Positions 60,304 to 64,000 of a stretch of 64,000 nt of DNA are shown here, one piece after another. The notes beneath the pieces are model-generated. The model was not told where the DNA came from. It did no database searches and worked only from the letters and a program-made list of their open reading frames with translations. Numbering within the stretch: the first letter of the stretch is position 1; each line of letters begins with the position of its first letter. The position numbers and the translations under genes were made by a program. Source of the DNA: Bacteroidales bacterium (GTDB lineage Bacteria; Bacteroidota; Bacteroidia; Bacteroidales; DTU049); NCBI GenBank assembly GCA_012520175.1, contig JAAYOU010000039.1, forward strand, positions 9,013 through 73,012. Reading direction: 5' to 3'.

Positions 60304-60788
60304 TGAAAACAAAACTAAAATTATTATTTTTATCTGGATTTAACGAACAAAAATCTCATATAGCTGTAAACGGTTTAATTAATGGAGAAAAAGCAACATT
60401 AATCATCGACACTGGGGCTTCAAATTGTGTGCTAGATACTGCTGCTGAAGAAAAATTCAATCTGGATATAGACCATTCTTTTAAATCTGAAAAAGCTGTT
60501 GGACTTGGCTCAGATAATATTGAAAGCAATTTAGCTAGAGCTAAAAGTTTTTCCTTAAACGAATTCCATTTAAAAAACTTTCCATTTGTGTTATTAGACC
60601 TTTCTATTATAAATAAGTCTTTAACTGACAATGGCTACGACCCAATTGATGGAGTTATAGGAACAGACTTACTTTTAGCAGGAAACAGCAAAATAAACTA
60701 TAAAAAGAAAACAATACGATTTAAGGGTAGTAAAAAGAAATTAAATAAAAAATTTAAACACTTATATTCTGCTCTAGCTGACAAATAA
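60303..60788 (+). CDS. Retropepsin-like (clan AA) aspartic protease domain protein
   Basis: 161 aa with one LIIDTGAS (D-T-G-A) motif and a later GVIGTDLL flap/dimer-like segment. The TAATG overlaps the upstream stop. Confidence 0.6.
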   Translation: MKTKLKLLFLSGFNEQKSHIAVNGLINGEKATLIIDTGASNCVLDTAAEEKFNLDIDHSFKSEKAVGLGSDNIESNLARAKSFSLNEFHLKNFPFVLLDLSIINKSLTDNGYDPIDGVIGTDLLLAGNSKINYKKKTIRFKGSKKKLNKKFKHLYSALADK

Positions 60789-60853
60789 TTAATTTTTTCA
60801 AAAAAATGTTGAAATTTTTTATAATAAAATGGTGTAAAATTCAATCAATTTAC

Positions 60854-60861
60854 TACCTTTG
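60854..60861 (+). promoter_or_regulatory. Candidate -7 promoter element (TACCTTTG) for secDF
   Basis: TAnnTTTG match about 42 nt upstream of the ATG at 60903. Confidence 0.45.
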
Positions 60862-60902
60862 CAAACTCGAAATTCTAATAAAAATTTTTTAAATAAATAG
60901 AT

Positions 60903-63900
60903 ATGCAAATAAAAGGAACGATTTGGTTTTTTGTAATAACGTTTTTGATAGCAAGTTTGTTTTCACTATCATTTACTTACTGCACTCGTAATGTAGAAAA
61001 CAAAGCGAAAAAATTTGCAGAAACCGAAGCAACACAATTAGCTAAAGAATTAGCTAAAGGAGATGAAATTCTCGAACAAGTAATTTATGATTCTATCTAC
61101 AATGAAAAAGAATCATATTACCTTGATTCAATGTCTCATGTAACAATTTACAACATTCTTATTAAAAAATACACTTATAAGGATTGTAAAGAAAGAGAAT
61201 TAAACTTAGGCTTAGACCTTAAAGGAGGTATGAATGTTACTCTTGAAGTTTCTGAAGCCGATATTATAACTGCTCTTTCAGGAGATAATAAAGACCCTAA
61301 ATTTGTTCAAGCTATTAAAGAAGCTAAAGAGCTACAAAAAAAATCGCAAAGCAATTATGTAAATCTTTTTGTTGAAAGAATCAAAAGTCTAGAGCCAAAC
61401 AAACCTCTTGCTGCATATTTTTTAACAAGAGAACTTAGCGAAAGAATAAAAACTAATAGCACAGACAGAGAAGTTATTAAAGTTCTACAAGATGAAATAA
61501 ATAGTGCTGTTGACAGAACATATCAAGTTCTACATAAACGTATTGACAAATTTGGCGTTACACAACCAAACATCCAAAAACTTGGTCGTAGTGGAAGAAT
61601 TTTAATAGAACTCCCAGGTGTTAAAGATCCTACTAGAGTTCGTAAAATACTACAAGGTACTGCAAAGCTAGAATTTTGGGAAGCTTATGATTTTGCAGAA
61701 ATTGTTAAGCGACTTGAAAACGCTGATAAAAAAGTTAAAGCAATTCTTGATAAATTTGAACAAGAAAGTAAAGACTCAACTGATATTGTTGAAGTAACTA
61801 CTGATACAGATACTGATAACGAAGTTGTTGACACTACACAAATTTCCACTTTAGAGCAACAACTAAGTGCAAAAGCAAGTACAGACACAACTACCATTGG
61901 CAAAGAAGATAAAAATGAAAATCCATTATTGTCATTGTTTGCAGGATTAAATATTGTACAAAGCGAAGGCAAACAGTTTGCAGGCGATGGACCATTAATT
62001 GGCTATGTTCATGCTAAAGATACTGCTGAAGTTAATGAATATTTAGCGCTGTCTATAAGCGAGTTTCCAAATACAAAATTTGCATGGGGTGCTAAACCTG
62101 TCAGATTGCAAATACCTGGTCAATTTTACGAACTCTATGCTCTTCGCGTTCCAGCAGACGGAAGACCTAAACTAGAAGGTGATAAAGTTGCTGACGCTTG
62201 GCAAGATTACGACCAAAATGGACGTATTGAAGTATCAATGATGATGACCAGCGATGGTGCTAAAATTTGGAAAAAAATGACAGCCGACAACAAAGACAAA
62301 AGCATTGCCATTGTTTTAGATAATGTTGTTTACTCGGCACCAAACGTTCTTGGAGAAATACCAAACGGACGCTCCTCTATTACTGGCTCATTTGACGTAA
62401 CTGAAGCTCAAGACTTAGCAAATGTGCTAAAATCTGGAAAACTACCTGCTCCTGCTCGAATTGTTGAAGAAGCCGTTGTAGGACCATCACTTGGAATTGA
62501 AGCAATTAATGCGGGTATGCTCTCTTTCGTTATTGCTTTTGCTCTAGTACTTGCGTACATGATTTTCTTCTACAATAAAGCTGGGCTCGCTGCAAATATT
62601 GCACTATTTGCAAACGTTATATTATTGTTTGGAGCTTTAGCCTCAATGAATGCTGTTCTTACTTTACCTGGTATTGCAGGTATTGTTTTAACTATAGGTA
62701 TGGCGGTAGATGCCAACGTAATTATATATGAGCGTGTTAAAGAAGAACTTAGAGCCGGAAAAGGAGTGCGGCTTGCTATCGACGATGGCTTCAAGCATGC
62801 ATTGAGCGCTATTATTGACGGAAACGTTACCACATTATTATCTGGTATTATTTTATTCTTCTTTGGTTCTGGTCCTATTCTAGGATTTGCAACCACTTTA
62901 ATTATAGGTATTCTTACTTCTCTATTTACCTCTCTATTTATTACACGATTAGTTTTCTACTGGTGGTTAAAAAGAAATAGAAAGATTACTTTCTTTACAA
63001 AAATTACTGAAAAATTATTTACCGCTACAAAATTTAATTTTATACGCATGAGAAAATGGGCTTACCTTTTCTCTGGATTAATATTTGTTTTAGGAATTGC
63101 ATCATTATTAACTAGAGGAATGAGTTATGGTGTTGACTTTACTGGTGGACGCACATATGTAGTTCGTTTCGATGATGATGTAAAAGTTGATGATATTAGA
63201 GGTGCTTTATTTGATGCTATGGACGAAACACCGGATGTTAAAACATTTGGCTCTAACAACCAAGTAAAAATCACCACAAAGTATATGATTGAAGACGATG
63301 ATCCAGATGCAGATTCCATAGTAGAAGCAAAAATATTTGAATCTATAAAAGGATTTTACAAAACCGACATGTCTTTTAAAGATTTCACATCAGACGATCC
63401 GAATAAAGTTCTCGGAAGACTTAGTAGTGAAAAAGTCGGACCAACTATTGCTGATGACCTTAAGCAATCGTCTATCTATGCTATCATTCTTGCTTTAATT
63501 GTAATATTTGTTTATATTGCTATAAGATTTAAAAATTGGCAATTTGGCATTGGAGGTGTTGCAGCATTATTCCATGATGCTATGTTTACAATCTTTATGT
63601 TTTCTTGGTTCCATGGAATATTACCGTTTACACTTGACGTTGACCAAACATTTATAGCCTCAATTCTAACCATTATTGGGTATTCAATTAACGACACTGT
63701 GGTTATCTTTGATAGAATTAGAGAGTACAGAACATTGTATCCAAACAGAGACAATTATACTAATATTAATTCTGCTGTAAACTCAACATTAGGACGTACT
63801 ATAAATACTGCTGGTTCTGTTATAGTTGTGTTGTTAGCAATATTTATTCTTGGTGGTGAAGTTATTAGAGGCTTTAGCTTTGCAATGCTTGTAGGATGTA

Positions 63901-63995
63901 TTTCTGGTACTTATTCTACAATTTTTATTGCTACTCCTCTCGCTTATGATATTATGAATATAAGAAAAAATAAGGGAAAAGTAAAAAAAGCATAA
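60903..63995 (+). CDS. secDF: Protein translocase subunit SecDF (fused)
   Basis: 1030 aa. SecD part: LGLDLKGGMNVTLEV, a large periplasmic domain, and TLPGIAGIVLTIGMAVDANVIIYERVKEE. SecF part: GVDFTGGR... and INDTVVIFDRIRE. Confidence 0.95.
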   Translation: MQIKGTIWFFVITFLIASLFSLSFTYCTRNVENKAKKFAETEATQLAKELAKGDEILEQVIYDSIYNEKESYYLDSMSHVTIYNILIKKYTYKDCKERELNLGLDLKGGMNVTLEVSEADIITALSGDNKDPKFVQAIKEAKELQKKSQSNYVNLFVERIKSLEPNKPLAAYFLTRELSERIKTNSTDREVIKVLQDEINSAVDRTYQVLHKRIDKFGVTQPNIQKLGRSGRILIELPGVKDPTRVRKILQGTAKLEFWEAYDFAEIVKRLENADKKVKAILDKFEQESKDSTDIVEVTTDTDTDNEVVDTTQISTLEQQLSAKASTDTTTIGKEDKNENPLLSLFAGLNIVQSEGKQFAGDGPLIGYVHAKDTAEVNEYLALSISEFPNTKFAWGAKPVRLQIPGQFYELYALRVPADGRPKLEGDKVADAWQDYDQNGRIEVSMMMTSDGAKIWKKMTADNKDKSIAIVLDNVVYSAPNVLGEIPNGRSSITGSFDVTEAQDLANVLKSGKLPAPARIVEEAVVGPSLGIEAINAGMLSFVIAFALVLAYMIFFYNKAGLAANIALFANVILLFGALASMNAVLTLPGIAGIVLTIGMAVDANVIIYERVKEELRAGKGVRLAIDDGFKHALSAIIDGNVTTLLSGIILFFFGSGPILGFATTLIIGILTSLFTSLFITRLVFYWWLKRNRKITFFTKITEKLFTATKFNFIRMRKWAYLFSGLIFVLGIASLLTRGMSYGVDFTGGRTYVVRFDDDVKVDDIRGALFDAMDETPDVKTFGSNNQVKITTKYMIEDDDPDADSIVEAKIFESIKGFYKTDMSFKDFTSDDPNKVLGRLSSEKVGPTIADDLKQSSIYAIILALIVIFVYIAIRFKNWQFGIGGVAALFHDAMFTIFMFSWFHGILPFTLDVDQTFIASILTIIGYSINDTVVIFDRIREYRTLYPNRDNYTNINSAVNSTLGRTINTAGSVIVVLLAIFILGGEVIRGFSFAMLVGCISGTYSTIFIATPLAYDIMNIRKNKGKVKKA

Positions 63996-64000
63996 AGTAC

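Overview
AT-rich chromosomal segment, probably from a Bacteroidota genome. The phylum call is an inference from a T9SS type-B C-terminal sorting domain, TAnnTTTG -7 promoter motifs, a CarboxypepD_reg-type TonB receptor paired with a DUF4249-like lipoprotein, and the DUF1573-yajC-YbbR-coaE gene order. About 50 protein genes are present and most are housekeeping: rplU/rpmA, rpsP/rimM, trxB, recA, bcp, dnaJ/grpE, queE, ligA, lpdA, uvrA, secDF and coaE. There is also a small capsule/EPS locus (GT4, Wza-like, Wzc-like, rfbC, WecA-like), a TPR sensor kinase with a LuxR-type regulator, a 1574-aa T9SS adhesin, and one tRNA-Pro(GGG). I saw no rRNA, CRISPR, cas, transposase or integrase genes. The main unexplained structure is non-coding. 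Four GC-rich intergenic arrays (about 2945-3273, 8072-8268, 10252-10551 and 42520-43200) hold 21 copies of a 29-nt palindromic unit with core TGATTATCA. Their spacers are homologous between loci and they share accessory modules, so they form a modular BOX/BIME-like repeat family that I do not recognise as described. Each array lies just 3' of a gene in one consistent orientation, and 17 of 21 units match the E. coli IHF core consensus. Two arrays bracket an AT-rich pair of paralogous secreted-protein genes, and one array carries a perfect 21-bp inverted repeat with duplication-like flanks. The second candidate is at the left edge: a 5'-truncated protein with a degenerate PLD/HKD-like C-terminus, translationally coupled to a 491-499-aa all-helical protein of unknown function. 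All functional calls rest on motif recognition by eye; no database search was possible.
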